Source: Candidatus Shapirobacteria bacterium
GTDB lineage: Bacteria > Patescibacteriota > Microgenomatia > UBA12405
Length of the DNA stretch: 64,000 nt
Direction: 5' to 3'
NCBI GenBank assembly: GCA_028704635.1
Contig: JAQWFB010000003.1
Coordinates: 56,357-120,356, forward strand
In this document: one piece after another, positions 26,974-36,474 of the stretch
How the letters are laid out: every line of letters starts with the position of its first letter
Position numbering within the stretch: the stretch's first letter is position 1
The notes under the pieces: model-generated
Told to the model about the DNA's origin: nothing
Databases searched by the model: none
The model's input: only the letters and a program-made list of their open reading frames with translations
Position numbers and translations under genes: made by a program

Positions 26974-27007
26974 CAAACCTGTGGCTTACCATTCGCCGCA
27001 CCCTTCC
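26925..27007 (-). tRNA. tRNA-Ser(GCT)
   Basis: Acceptor GGAAGGG/CCCTTCC, anticodon arm CAGGT-TTGCTAA-ACCTG, long variable arm, GGTTCGACTCC. Confidence 0.93.
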
Positions 27008-27062
27008 TGGGGATAGTGTTTTAGTATATCAAATTTTTCTCAAATGCTTTAAAATTAAAACA

Positions 27063-27602
27063 ATGAAGAAGAAAGCAGTTAGCAAGGTTGATAAGGCGAT
27101 AAAAGACATTAACGAAGAAAAAACTTTATTCAAATGGACAGCCGCCGAAAGGGCATTTAAGAAGAGAGACAAAGATTTTTGGATCACTGCTATTTCCATT
27201 TTAGTTCTATTTTCAGTCGTTTTAATTTTTATTGAAGAATTTTTTCTAATCGTCGCTCTCGTTTCAGTTTTATTTTTATATTACGTTCTCTCTACTGTCC
27301 CTCCTCAAGAAGTTAAATATAAAATTACCAACAGGGGAATTCATTTTGGTGATTCAAAATATAGTTGGGACATTTTATTAAGATTTTGGTTCAGGAAAAG
27401 TCTTAACGTTGAGCTTTTAGAATTTGAAACTAATCTAAGAGTTCCTCGACAAATTTCTTTTGTTATTAAAGAATCTGACAAAGAAGAAATAAAAAAAATT
27501 GTTTTAAAAAAATTACCTTTAGTTGAATCATCGCCAAATTTTGTTGATAAATTGGCCAAGTGGTGGAACGATAAAATGCCTTGGGAAAAACGGGAAAAAT
27601 AG
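27063..27602 (+). CDS. Conserved CPR-type 2-TM protein (DUF5673-like)
   Basis: LFKWTAAER..KKRDKDFW, 2 TM, YKITNRGI....Y.W..L..FW; ATG 27063. Confidence 0.65.
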   Translation: MKKKAVSKVDKAIKDINEEKTLFKWTAAERAFKKRDKDFWITAISILVLFSVVLIFIEEFFLIVALVSVLFLYYVLSTVPPQEVKYKITNRGIHFGDSKYSWDILLRFWFRKSLNVELLEFETNLRVPRQISFVIKESDKEEIKKIVLKKLPLVESSPNFVDKLAKWWNDKMPWEKREK

Positions 27603-27634
27603 ACTTTATTTGGTATAATTCATATGATTTATTT

Positions 27635-27706
27635 GCGCTTATAGTTTAATGGATAGAATAGCGGTTTGCGGAACCGTTGATCCAGGTTCGATTCCTGGTA
27701 GGCGCA
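27635..27706 (+). tRNA. tRNA-Arg(GCG)
   Basis: Acceptor GCGCTTA/TAGGCGC, arm GCGGT-TTGCGGA-ACCGT, GGTTCGATTCC; TGGTATAAT promoter at 27611. Confidence 0.92.
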
Positions 27707-27719
27707 CTCTTTAAAAAAT

Positions 27720-27801
27720 GGAGGGTTGGCCGAGTGGTTTATGGCGCACGCCTCGAAAGCGTGTGGGGAAACCCGCAGAGGTTCAAATCCTCTACCCTCC
27801 G
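27720..27801 (+). tRNA. tRNA-Ser(CGA)
   Basis: Acceptor GGAGGGT/ACCCTCC, arm CACGC-CTCGAAA-GCGTG, variable arm GGG-GAAA-CCC, GGTTCAAATCC. Confidence 0.92.
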
Positions 27802-27813
27802 CTCAATATTTAA

Positions 27814-29331
27814 CTACTTAAGGACACCTATTTTTTTATAGGTTAAATCTGCTAATTTTTTGGATTTTATATTAATCAACCCATCATAATAGATGTTCTT
27901 ATCCGAGATAATTGCTTTTTTATATTTTTCATCAGATAAATATGCTTCATCAGTGATGATGTTATATTTAATTATTTTTAGAGATCCATTAGGATAAACA
28001 TCATCATGTGATAAAAAATAGGCAATATTATTATCATTCCTAATGTCATATATATCATTAAATTCAGTAGTAATAGAATCATCGTCAAACTTTATTACAC
28101 CATTAACATTTGCAAGTGTTTTTTTAGTTATCTCCTTTTTATCAAGATCAATTATTGTTAAACCATAAGTGTTTGCAAAAATTAGAAAGTTTTTATAGTT
28201 TATATATTTACATAAATCATTAATATTTTCACAATCTTCCATATTACCTATTTCATAATTTTTATTGGAAATACTGTCATAATATTCAAGGATGGACATA
28301 TGTTTATTATTATCAATAGTTTTTCCATTAGATAGGTAATAATAATTTCCATCCATATAGGAATAACCTAGATTTGTTCCATTATAATCAATAGTCTCAC
28401 CTTGAGAATTTATTGCCAAACCTTGATTATTAAATTGTATCGACATTAAAGTATTATCATTGCATTGAGGATTTGTTTTATCAATTTTACAAACAGTTAG
28501 GGTTGAATCTGTTGAATTTTTGGTTAAAGCTAGGCGTTTTACTACCGTACTATGACCAGTACCAGCTTCAGGCACATTATAGTATAAATAGTTGTTGTCA
28601 TGATTTTTAATCGATATTGCCTTCTTATCAATTTCCTTTATTTTTTTTGTAGATACATCATACTCTTTAAGACCATTATTTTTATAATTTTCCGTTTTAT
28701 CTATAAAATATATTTTATTATCAGTAGCAAAAGTCATATCGTTGCCCAGATTAATTTCAGAAGTAACATTAAAAATTGTATTTGTGTTCAAATTGAAAAT
28801 CTTATTAACATAAGTGGTTAGCAATGATAAAACAAAAAATATTATCGAAATAATAATAATTTTTACAATGACAGATTTTGTAGAAAATTTCGTTAGTTTA
28901 TTAAAAAACCAGGTATATATCGAAAAGAAAACTAAACCAGCAGAAATATTTCCAATTAAAAAAATGGCAGATGCCACCATAAAAGCTAACGCAAAACCAG
29001 CTCCTGCCCCTCCTTCTGAAGACATGTTTTGTCCAGATAGAAAAAACATATATCCCAACACTCCTACCACAACAGTTCCAATATAGCTAATTAATAAACT
29101 TAAAGAAATTACAAATAAGTGTTTTTTAAGTAAAATTTTATTGCGCCAACGATAAATTAGTACTACAACTTCAGAGATAACTATTAAAAAAATAATTAAC
29201 CTAATATTAGTAATAAAAACAAGAGCAGAACTACCAGTCATTTGTGAAGAAAAATGTAATATTGGTGAACCAAAAAAAATAAAGAAAACTAACATCAAGA
29301 CAAAAAATACTATTCCAATTATTATTTCCAT
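27814..29331 (-). CDS. Multi-TM protein with extracellular beta-propeller-like domain
   Basis: About 5 N-terminal TM helices, then Asn/Tyr-rich beta repeats; very AT-rich. Confidence 0.55.
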   Translation of the reverse strand: MEIIIGIVFFVLMLVFFIFFGSPILHFSSQMTGSSALVFITNIRLIIFLIVISEVVVLIYRWRNKILLKKHLFVISLSLLISYIGTVVVGVLGYMFFLSGQNMSSEGGAGAGFALAFMVASAIFLIGNISAGLVFFSIYTWFFNKLTKFSTKSVIVKIIIISIIFFVLSLLTTYVNKIFNLNTNTIFNVTSEINLGNDMTFATDNKIYFIDKTENYKNNGLKEYDVSTKKIKEIDKKAISIKNHDNNYLYYNVPEAGTGHSTVVKRLALTKNSTDSTLTVCKIDKTNPQCNDNTLMSIQFNNQGLAINSQGETIDYNGTNLGYSYMDGNYYYLSNGKTIDNNKHMSILEYYDSISNKNYEIGNMEDCENINDLCKYINYKNFLIFANTYGLTIIDLDKKEITKKTLANVNGVIKFDDDSITTEFNDIYDIRNDNNIAYFLSHDDVYPNGSLKIIKYNIITDEAYLSDEKYKKAIISDKNIYYDGLINIKSKKLADLTYKKIGVLK

Positions 29332-29467
29332 AATTTGAACATTTTTTTTAATTAATTTTAATAATTAAACCAAAAAAAATAGTCTAACTTAGATAAGAAT
29401 ACACCCATTTAGTAAAATAAGACAAAAAAGAGGTAGTCATGTTATAAGGACAAAAGAGTTCTGGATT

Positions 29468-29478
29468 TCTACCCTCCG
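29468..29478 (+). repeat. Duplicate of the tRNA-Ser(CGA) 3' end (att-like)
   Basis: TCTACCCTCCG identical to 27791-27801. Confidence 0.65.
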
Positions 29479-29541
29479 ACAAAATATTCAGACTTAGTCT
29501 TATATACCCGAATGCAAAGTAGACAATGATACAATCATAGG

Positions 29542-31002
29542 ATGATTTCGGCAAAAAACATATTTTATTCTTACGGCAAAGAGAACATTTTTGAAGGGGC
29601 TAACTTTTATGTTGCCAAAAATAGTAAGGTTGGTGTAGTTGGAGCCAATGGTTCTGGTAAATCCACTCTTTTCAATTTAATTACCGGTGAAGATCGTATT
29701 GATGATGGCAGTCTCGAGATTGTTGGCGATGTTATGTCTGTTCCTCAAGAAGTTAAGCACGATGCCACCATGGAAAAAGCCGAATCAATTCGTGACTATA
29801 TCGATCCTTATTGGCAAAAACAAGATTATGAAATTTTAAAAATGCTTTCTCGATTAGAATTATCTCGCCTAACTCTTGACGGCAAACCTCAAGTTTTAAG
29901 TGGTGGTCAAAAAACCAAATTAGCCATCGCCAGGGCTTTAATCTTTGAGCCAGAAATTTTACTTCTCGACGAACCCACTAATTTTTTAGATGTCGAAGGT
30001 AAACTTTGGATGATGAATTTTTTAGGTCGTTATTCAAAAACTCTAATTATTATTTCTCATGATTTAAAATTACTCGACAAAAACATCGATAAAATTATCG
30101 AAGTTGACAAACGAACTAAACAAATTACTGAATATAACGGCAATTACAGCAATTATGTTAATTTAAAAGGCGAAAGAGAAACTCTTTTAGTCAATCAAAT
30201 TCATGTTCAAGAACGTAAGATTGTTGATATGAAAAAAGGTTTAGTCAGAATTTCTGGCAATCGATCAGAAAAAGGTGTTCGCCAAAAACTTAATTTGCAA
30301 AAAAGAATCGAAAAATTAGTCGTTGCGCTGCCAGAAATGCCACCAAGTGTTAAAAAAATTAACATGCAATTACCCGAGCCAGCCTGGGTAGGTGAAGTGC
30401 CATTTATGGTCAAAAATTTATGTAAGTCTTATGGTGAAAAGAAAATTTTAATTGATATTAATTTTGATATAAAAAGAGGCGAGAGAGTTGCTCTCATGGG
30501 TCAAAATGGCGCTGGTAAAAGTACTTTAATTAAAATTTTAATGGGCATGTTAAACCCAGATTCTGGTGAAATTATTAAAGATGAAAAATTAAAGATTGGT
30601 TATTATTCCCAAGAATTTGAAACTTTTGACATGGATAAAAATCTTTTAGAAACGGTCAAAGATAAATGTGAAATGACCGAACCCCAACTTCGTTGTTTAT
30701 TAGGTCGTTTTTTATTTCCCGGTCAAAAAGTTTTCCAAAAAATTTCTACTCTTTCTGGTGGCGAAAAAACCCGTCTTTCAATTGCCACTCTTTTAGCCAA
30801 AAATTACAATCTTTTAATTCTCGACGAACCAACCACTTATCTTGATGTTCTTTCTCAAAGACTAATTCTTGAAGCTCTAAAATTTTATCAAGGCGCCATG
30901 ATTATCGTCAGCCACACCCCAGAATTTATTGAAGAATTAAAACCATCCCGTAAATTTCTCCTTCCTGAAAATAAAATGGTTTTGTGTTCAGAAAATTATT
31001 AA
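29542..31002 (+). CDS. ABC-F family ATPase
   Basis: Two ABC cassettes (GANGSGKS, GQNGAGKS, LSGG, DEPT), no TM. Confidence 0.92.
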   Translation: MISAKNIFYSYGKENIFEGANFYVAKNSKVGVVGANGSGKSTLFNLITGEDRIDDGSLEIVGDVMSVPQEVKHDATMEKAESIRDYIDPYWQKQDYEILKMLSRLELSRLTLDGKPQVLSGGQKTKLAIARALIFEPEILLLDEPTNFLDVEGKLWMMNFLGRYSKTLIIISHDLKLLDKNIDKIIEVDKRTKQITEYNGNYSNYVNLKGERETLLVNQIHVQERKIVDMKKGLVRISGNRSEKGVRQKLNLQKRIEKLVVALPEMPPSVKKINMQLPEPAWVGEVPFMVKNLCKSYGEKKILIDINFDIKRGERVALMGQNGAGKSTLIKILMGMLNPDSGEIIKDEKLKIGYYSQEFETFDMDKNLLETVKDKCEMTEPQLRCLLGRFLFPGQKVFQKISTLSGGEKTRLSIATLLAKNYNLLILDEPTTYLDVLSQRLILEALKFYQGAMIIVSHTPEFIEELKPSRKFLLPENKMVLCSENY

Positions 31003-31016
31003 AATACAGTCTTTTA

Positions 31017-31520
31017 TTACATTTTTCTCGAATCGTAAGCCCAATGCAATAATGCTTGTCTTTGAATTGGTCTACATTTAAAATCTCTAATTTTACAGTT
31101 TTTTCTAAGTTGACCAATATGTCTTTTCATTGCCAACCATCTTTTGATTTGTATTTCATCATCTTCGCATCTTCTCCCCAAATAATATCGGCAATACCAT
31201 TGGAACCAACCTCTTGGGTCATCTTTAGAAATCCAACCTTTTTCTCTCCAAACACTTAATGGTTGGCTAGCGTTTACTTCAAAAAAATTAATTTTCGGGT
31301 CATGAAATTCATGACACAATTTTTCTTTTTTAAACCAATCTTTCGGGAATTCATTTTGACAGTCAGTCATATATTTACCTCCAAAAACTCCCATACCCAA
31401 CATTTCTTCTGGAGTTAATTCTGGTTTAAATGTTGGATTAAATCGTTCACCTTCAGGTTCAGTTAAATAATACCTATAGTCTGTTTGCATTAAATCATTA
31501 ACTACCATCAGTTTTTTCAT
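31017..31520 (-). CDS. Conserved hypothetical protein (FGG...DPRGWFQWYCRYY family)
   Basis: Distinctive Trp/Arg-rich motifs; function unknown. Confidence 0.7.
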   Translation of the reverse strand: MKKLMVVNDLMQTDYRYYLTEPEGERFNPTFKPELTPEEMLGMGVFGGKYMTDCQNEFPKDWFKKEKLCHEFHDPKINFFEVNASQPLSVWREKGWISKDDPRGWFQWYCRYYLGRRCEDDEIQIKRWLAMKRHIGQLRKNCKIRDFKCRPIQRQALLHWAYDSRKM

Positions 31521-31525
31521 AAAAT

Positions 31526-32185
31526 TTATTTCATCGCTGTTTTTTTATACTCATATTTTCCATAGATTCTCACTTCTGTCCCAATCTCAGCCCAATTAAA
31601 AATTTCCGCCGCATCGGCCGTTTTCATATTAATACATCCATGGCTCATCGGCACTCCAAAATTATTATGCCAATAGGTGCCATGTAAACTAAAACCAACT
31701 CTTTTTGCATATACATTATTATAGAAGAACATAATATATGGAACATTAGGCAAATAATAATAATCATTTGTCAACTTAGACCCACCAGACATCTTTTGTG
31801 ATCTAATTTTAGTCCATATTTTAAAAACTCCAGTCGGAGTTCTTCCCCATTTTCCCGAAGAAATAATATATTCCTTAAGTCTTTGACTATTTTCATAGGT
31901 ATAAACTTTCTGAGAAGTTAAATCAACTTCAATATATTTATTTGAATTATTTGTCATAGCCATATATGTCTCTCCTAAAACTTGTGGCTGATCTTGTGGT
32001 ATATTCACTTCCTTATTATTAAATATTCCCACTCGTGCCAAAGGATCGTAGTATTCAGATATAGTGTTCGGATCAATTTCTTTCTGAAAAGAAAGATATT
32101 TTGGCCACCACGGCTGACTTATAATCATCAATCCCAAAAAACTAGCCAAAAACAGTAATAAAAATAACACTTTCCGCATTATCAA
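31526..32185 (-). CDS. L,D-transpeptidase (YkuD family)
   Basis: IEVDLTSQ, TPTG, HGTYWH...SHGCIN. Confidence 0.9.
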   Translation of the reverse strand: MIMRKVLFLLLFLASFLGLMIISQPWWPKYLSFQKEIDPNTISEYYDPLARVGIFNNKEVNIPQDQPQVLGETYMAMTNNSNKYIEVDLTSQKVYTYENSQRLKEYIISSGKWGRTPTGVFKIWTKIRSQKMSGGSKLTNDYYYLPNVPYIMFFYNNVYAKRVGFSLHGTYWHNNFGVPMSHGCINMKTADAAEIFNWAEIGTEVRIYGKYEYKKTAMK

Positions 32186-32202
32186 ATAATAAACTTTTTT
32201 AT

Positions 32203-32484
32203 CTACTTTGTAAACTGTCGGTCAAATTTTTTTGTCAAAGGAATTGTTAAAAAACTAATTATGATCAAAATCATAATTACCGCCGATATTATATCGCTAA
32301 TCCAACCATTAGTAATTTTTGGCCAAAATTGGGTTAATCCTAAGATTTGAAAATAATTCAAAAATTTTATATTCCCGTTTTTAATTGTACTAAAAACCAA
32401 CACTCCAATATGAATCAATGCTGTTAATAACACAAATTTTAAAAAACTTGACCAAATTTTTTTACTTATTTTTATAAAAATCAT
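32203..32484 (-). CDS. Small 2-TM hypothetical protein
   Basis: Hydrophobic helices; same orientation as neighbours. Confidence 0.6.
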   Translation of the reverse strand: MIFIKISKKIWSSFLKFVLLTALIHIGVLVFSTIKNGNIKFLNYFQILGLTQFWPKITNGWISDIISAVIMILIIISFLTIPLTKKFDRQFTK

Positions 32485-32514
32485 AAATCAGCTTATCATA
32501 TAAAATTTAATCCC

Positions 32515-32545
32515 TTGACAAATATGTTAACTAGATCTAACATAT
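32515..32545 (+). promoter_or_regulatory. Promoter with overlapping palindromic operator
   Basis: TTGACA-17-TAACAT; ATATGTTA-N8-TAACATAT, likely bound by the operon's XRE protein. Confidence 0.7.
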
Positions 32546-32569
32546 AGTTAGAATTAATTAACAATTAAT

Positions 32570-33115
32570 ATGACACTTAAAAAATATAATCAAATCAGAT
32601 TAGCTATAGTTATAATAATTTCCATTGTTGTTGGCCAATCAATCGTCTTGGAAAATTATTTAATGTCTATTTCTACTGTAGCCATTGGTTCTTTAGTTTT
32701 ACTTTTTCTTCGTCGTCAAGTTAAGGAAGTTGTTGCTGATGAGCGTGATTATGCCCTTACGGGTAAATCTGCCAGTTGGGCTATCCAAATTTATTCTTGG
32801 ATTGCTGTTATTGCTATGTTTATTTTATATGCCTTCAAAAATCTAAATCCCAGCTATGAGCCAATTGCCTTGACTTTAGCCTATTCAACTTGTGCTCTTA
32901 TGCTAATTTACAGTCTTATTTATAAATTTATAAATAAAATTAAATTCACTCCAAGCAAAAGCAAATTTATTGTCTTTATTATAATTTTAGCCATATTCTT
33001 AGGAATTTTTACTGTTCGTTTATTCTCAGGTGAAGATAACTGGGTTTGCCAAAAAGGGGAATGGATTCAACATGGCCATCCTGACTTTTCTGCTCCCACT
33101 ATCCCTTGTAAATAA
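32570..33115 (+). CDS. DUF2178-like membrane protein
   Basis: DERD motif between TM helices; C-terminal EDNWVC..GEW..HGHP. Confidence 0.65.
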   Translation: MTLKKYNQIRLAIVIIISIVVGQSIVLENYLMSISTVAIGSLVLLFLRRQVKEVVADERDYALTGKSASWAIQIYSWIAVIAMFILYAFKNLNPSYEPIALTLAYSTCALMLIYSLIYKFINKIKFTPSKSKFIVFIIILAIFLGIFTVRLFSGEDNWVCQKGEWIQHGHPDFSAPTIPCK

Positions 33116-33117
33116 TT

Positions 33118-33306
33118 ATGCAAACCAAAATTAAAGAATATCGAGCCAAATTAAATCTAACTCAAGAGCAGTTGGCTGATTTGGTTGGAGTCAGAAGAGA
33201 AACAATCGTTTTTCTCGAGCAGGGGAAATACAACCCCTCACTAAAATTAGCCCATGATGTGGCTAAAATTTTAAAAACATCAATTGATAATTTGTTTATA
33301 TTTTAA
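33118..33306 (+). CDS. XRE-family HTH regulator
   Basis: [29 protein letters not shown]. Confidence 0.92.
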   Translation: MQTKIKEYRAKLNLTQEQLADLVGVRRETIVFLEQGKYNPSLKLAHDVAKILKTSIDNLFIF

Positions 33307-33317
33307 TTATTAATTTA

Positions 33318-33366
33318 AGCCGCCCTGTTAAGGGAGGTGCCCCGCAGAGCGGGGCGGAGGGTTTTT
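33318..33366 (+). repeat. Palindromic repeat copy 3 (intergenic; supplies GGAGG 9 nt before ATG 33370)
   Basis: AGCCGCCCTGTTAAGGGAGGTGCCCCGCAGAGCGGGGCGGAGGGTTTTT. Confidence 0.88.
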
Positions 33367-33369
33367 ATT

Positions 33370-33765
33370 ATGATTGGAAAAGCAAAATGGTTCAAAATTA
33401 GAAAATATACTGGTTGGGGATTAACTCCAGTAACTTGGCAAGGGTGGCTTTATATAGTCTTATTTGTAGCCCCAATAGCCCTTATTAATTCAATTTCTCT
33501 AGATCAAAATATCAAAAATATTTTTATCTTAACTTTAATCGCTTTATTTATAATCGATATTATTCATATCATGTCCCAAATTAAAAAAGACGAAAGAGAA
33601 AGACTTCATGAAGCCATTGCCGATAGAAACGCCCTCTGGTTTATGATTTTTGTTTTATTGATTGGAGCTTTTATTAACCAAATTGTCGATCCAATTTTTA
33701 TTATTGCCATCGTCGGTGCTACATTAATTAGAGCGGGGACTCAATTTTATTTAAGAGATAAATAA
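33370..33765 (+). CDS. Membrane protein (GWGLTPVTWQGW and DERE motifs)
   Basis: 4 TM; ATG 33370 preferred because GTG 33337 lies in the repeat. Confidence 0.7.
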   Translation: MIGKAKWFKIRKYTGWGLTPVTWQGWLYIVLFVAPIALINSISLDQNIKNIFILTLIALFIIDIIHIMSQIKKDERERLHEAIADRNALWFMIFVLLIGAFINQIVDPIFIIAIVGATLIRAGTQFYLRDK

Positions 33766-33770
33766 AAAAA

Positions 33771-34976
33771 TTATCGACAAATAAACAACTTGTCACTTTT
33801 CCTCACTTTTTCTTCAACCTTAAAAGTCATGATGTTGTTATCCATTTTTATTCCAAAAAATTTTCCTCTAATTACACCACTGCTTGGCCCAATAATCACA
33901 TAGTTGTCGCCATTATTTACTCGTTCACTGTTGGTTAATTTTATTTCGGCAATTTTAACTTTTGGATAATAATGATCAATTTTACCCAACAATATTCTTT
34001 TCTCTGTCGCCAAACTATTTTCTCCTTGGGCCCATTCTTCTACCTTTCTTCCTAAATAATAACCCTCAGAAAATCCTCTATTAAAAACTGTTTTTAATTG
34101 CTCCAATAATTTTTCTTTAATGGCTTTATCATATTTTTTTTCTTCAATTAATTTCAATGCCTTTTTGTAAACCCTCACCACTGTATCCACATAATCAGCA
34201 CTTCTAGCTCGACCTTCAATTTTAATAGTACTAATTCCTGTTTCCACTAATTTATCCAACAATCCAATCGTACACAAATCACTTCGGCTCATAATTAAAT
34301 TATTATCAAGAATTAATTTTTTCCCGGTTTCCATTTCCATCACTTCATATTTTCGTCGACACATTTGCACACATTTTCCTCGGTTAGCCGACAAATTTTG
34401 ATGAAATAAACTCATTTGACATCGACCCGAAATTCCCACACACATTGCTCCATGTCCAAACACTTCAATTTCAATTAATTGCTTTTTTGGTCCTTTATTT
34501 TTTTCTTTTTTAATTCCCTCAACTATTTTTTTAATTTGTTCTAAATTTAATTCTCGGGCCAAGACAATTCTATCCACCCACTTACTTAAAAATTTTATTG
34601 TTTCCAAATTCGACACTGACATTTGGGTCGACACACAAACTTCAATTTTCTTTTCGTTTGCCAATTTTATAATTGCCAAATCAGAGGCAATAACCCCATC
34701 AATTCCAGTTTTTTTAATTTTGTCCAAAATCTTTTTTATTTCTTCAATTTCTTCATCATAAACCACTGTATTTAAAGTCACCCAAGCTTTTATTTTTGCT
34801 TTTTTACAAATTTGACTAATTTTTTCTAAGTCATTAATAGAAAAATTATTAGCCCCCGCCGCTCTCATATTTAAAATTCCAATTCCAAAATAAATCTCAT
34901 CGGCTCCGGCATTTACTGCCGCCATCAGTGACTCAAAATTTCCCGCCGGCGCTAATATTTTTATTTTATTTTTCAA
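33771..34976 (-). CDS. Peptidase U32 family protein (TrhP/RlhA-like RNA hydroxylation)
   Basis: LAPAG, RIVLAREL, HGAMC...SGRC, NRGKC.Q.CR, KIEGR. Confidence 0.88.
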   Translation of the reverse strand: MKNKIKILAPAGNFESLMAAVNAGADEIYFGIGILNMRAAGANNFSINDLEKISQICKKAKIKAWVTLNTVVYDEEIEEIKKILDKIKKTGIDGVIASDLAIIKLANEKKIEVCVSTQMSVSNLETIKFLSKWVDRIVLARELNLEQIKKIVEGIKKEKNKGPKKQLIEIEVFGHGAMCVGISGRCQMSLFHQNLSANRGKCVQMCRRKYEVMEMETGKKLILDNNLIMSRSDLCTIGLLDKLVETGISTIKIEGRARSADYVDTVVRVYKKALKLIEEKKYDKAIKEKLLEQLKTVFNRGFSEGYYLGRKVEEWAQGENSLATEKRILLGKIDHYYPKVKIAEIKLTNSERVNNGDNYVIIGPSSGVIRGKFFGIKMDNNIMTFKVEEKVRKSDKLFICR

Positions 34977-36474
34977 TTAAACTTTCTCCTGTCATTTCCA
35001 CTGGCTTCTCTATTCCCATTAATTCTAAAATTGTTGGTGCCACATCTTTTAATCCACCATCTTTAACTTGGCCATCAATTCCAATAAAAGAAAACTTAAC
35101 TGGATTAAAACCATGAGACACATCAACCCCACCATCTTTATAAAGCATATTTTCAGCGTTACCATGATCAGCTCCCACAATTACCACATAATCATTTTCA
35201 ATTCCTTTATTTACAATTTTACCTACTTGTTCATCTACCACTTCACAAGCTTTTTTAACCGCCTCAAATTTTCCACTATGTCCCACCAAATCCGCATTAG
35301 CAAAATTAACCAAAATAAAATCGTAATTACCAATTACTTCCAATACTTTTTCTGACACCTGCGGTGCTGACATCTCCGGTTGTAAATCATAAGACAACAC
35401 TTTTGGACTAGGCACCATTATTCTATCCTCACCAGCAAATGCTGTTTCTTGCTGAGAATCAAAAAAGAAAGTCACATGAGCATATTTCTCAGTTTCCGCA
35501 ATTCTAATTTGTTTTTTATTATTTTTCGACAAAACTTCACCCAAATTATTTTTTACATTTTCCAATAAAAAGGCGACTGGTAAATCCCAAGATTTATCAT
35601 ATGTTCCCATGCAAACCCAAACCAAATCCAAATTACTTTGCAGTTCAGTTGGGCAAAGTGTTTGCCTAGTTATCATCGCTGTAATTTGGCGAGATCTATC
35701 AGTTCTAAAGTTAAACCAAATAAATGAATCACCATTTTTTAATAATCCATTTTTATCAATTATTGTTGGTTGTACATAATAATCAGTTTCATCGCCTCGT
35801 TCATAAGCCAAATTTATGGCTTCAATTGCGTCCATTGCTTCATAACCCTCACCTTTAATCCACAAACCAGCTGCTTTCTCAGTTCTTTCCCAATTAGTAT
35901 CCCTATCCATAGCATAATATCTTCCTACTGCTGTGGCAATTTTACCTACCCCAATTTCTTTTATTTTTTTATTTAATTGTTCAACATAACTTTTTGCCGA
36001 TTTTTCGGGAACATCTCGTCCATCCAACACTAAATGAATATAAACTTTTTCCAAACCATTATCTTTAGACAATTTTAATAAAGCATACAAATGATTCACG
36101 TCAGAATGAACTCCAGCATCTGACAATAATCCTGACAAATGTAAAGTGGAATTATTTTTTCGACAATTTTCAATTGCTTTTAATAAGGCTGGATTTTTAA
36201 AAAAATTCCCATCACTAATAGCATTATTAATCGTTTCCTGTGGTTGCCACACGATTCTTCCGGCTCCCATCGTCAAATGGCCAACCTCACTCCCACCTTG
36301 CGATCCTTTTGGATTCCCAACATCTTCGCCGGTGCACTTTAATAAGGCCGATGGACATTGGGCTAAATATTTATCATTATTTGGCACTTTCGCCGCCATA
36401 ATAGCATTACCATAAGAATCAGTTGAATAACCCCAACCATCTCTAATTATCAAAATTACTTTTTTATTATTCAT
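34966..36474 (-). CDS. gpmI: 2,3-bisphosphoglycerate-independent phosphoglycerate mutase
   Basis: DGWG, SEVGH, GRYYAMDRD, AETEKYAHVTFF, DHGN. Confidence 0.95.
   Translation of the reverse strand: MNNKKVILIIRDGWGYSTDSYGNAIMAAKVPNNDKYLAQCPSALLKCTGEDVGNPKGSQGGSEVGHLTMGAGRIVWQPQETINNAISDGNFFKNPALLKAIENCRKNNSTLHLSGLLSDAGVHSDVNHLYALLKLSKDNGLEKVYIHLVLDGRDVPEKSAKSYVEQLNKKIKEIGVGKIATAVGRYYAMDRDTNWERTEKAAGLWIKGEGYEAMDAIEAINLAYERGDETDYYVQPTIIDKNGLLKNGDSFIWFNFRTDRSRQITAMITRQTLCPTELQSNLDLVWVCMGTYDKSWDLPVAFLLENVKNNLGEVLSKNNKKQIRIAETEKYAHVTFFFDSQQETAFAGEDRIMVPSPKVLSYDLQPEMSAPQVSEKVLEVIGNYDFILVNFANADLVGHSGKFEAVKKACEVVDEQVGKIVNKGIENDYVVIVGADHGNAENMLYKDGGVDVSHGFNPVKFSFIGIDGQVKDGGLKDVAPTILELMGIEKPVEMTGESLIEK

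Noticed and set aside
26898-27062. N-terminal extension of ORF 26898..27602
   Set aside because: It is the antisense of tRNA-Ser(GCT) (GWESNP-type artefact); the real start is ATG 27063.
27706-27718. BoxA-like ACTCTTTAAAAA between two tRNAs
   Set aside because: Short AT-rich match with no hairpin or paired arm; cannot be distinguished from chance.
33337-33369. GTG start giving MPRRAGRRV
   Set aside because: It lies within the palindromic repeat; ATG 33370 has a well-spaced GGAGG.
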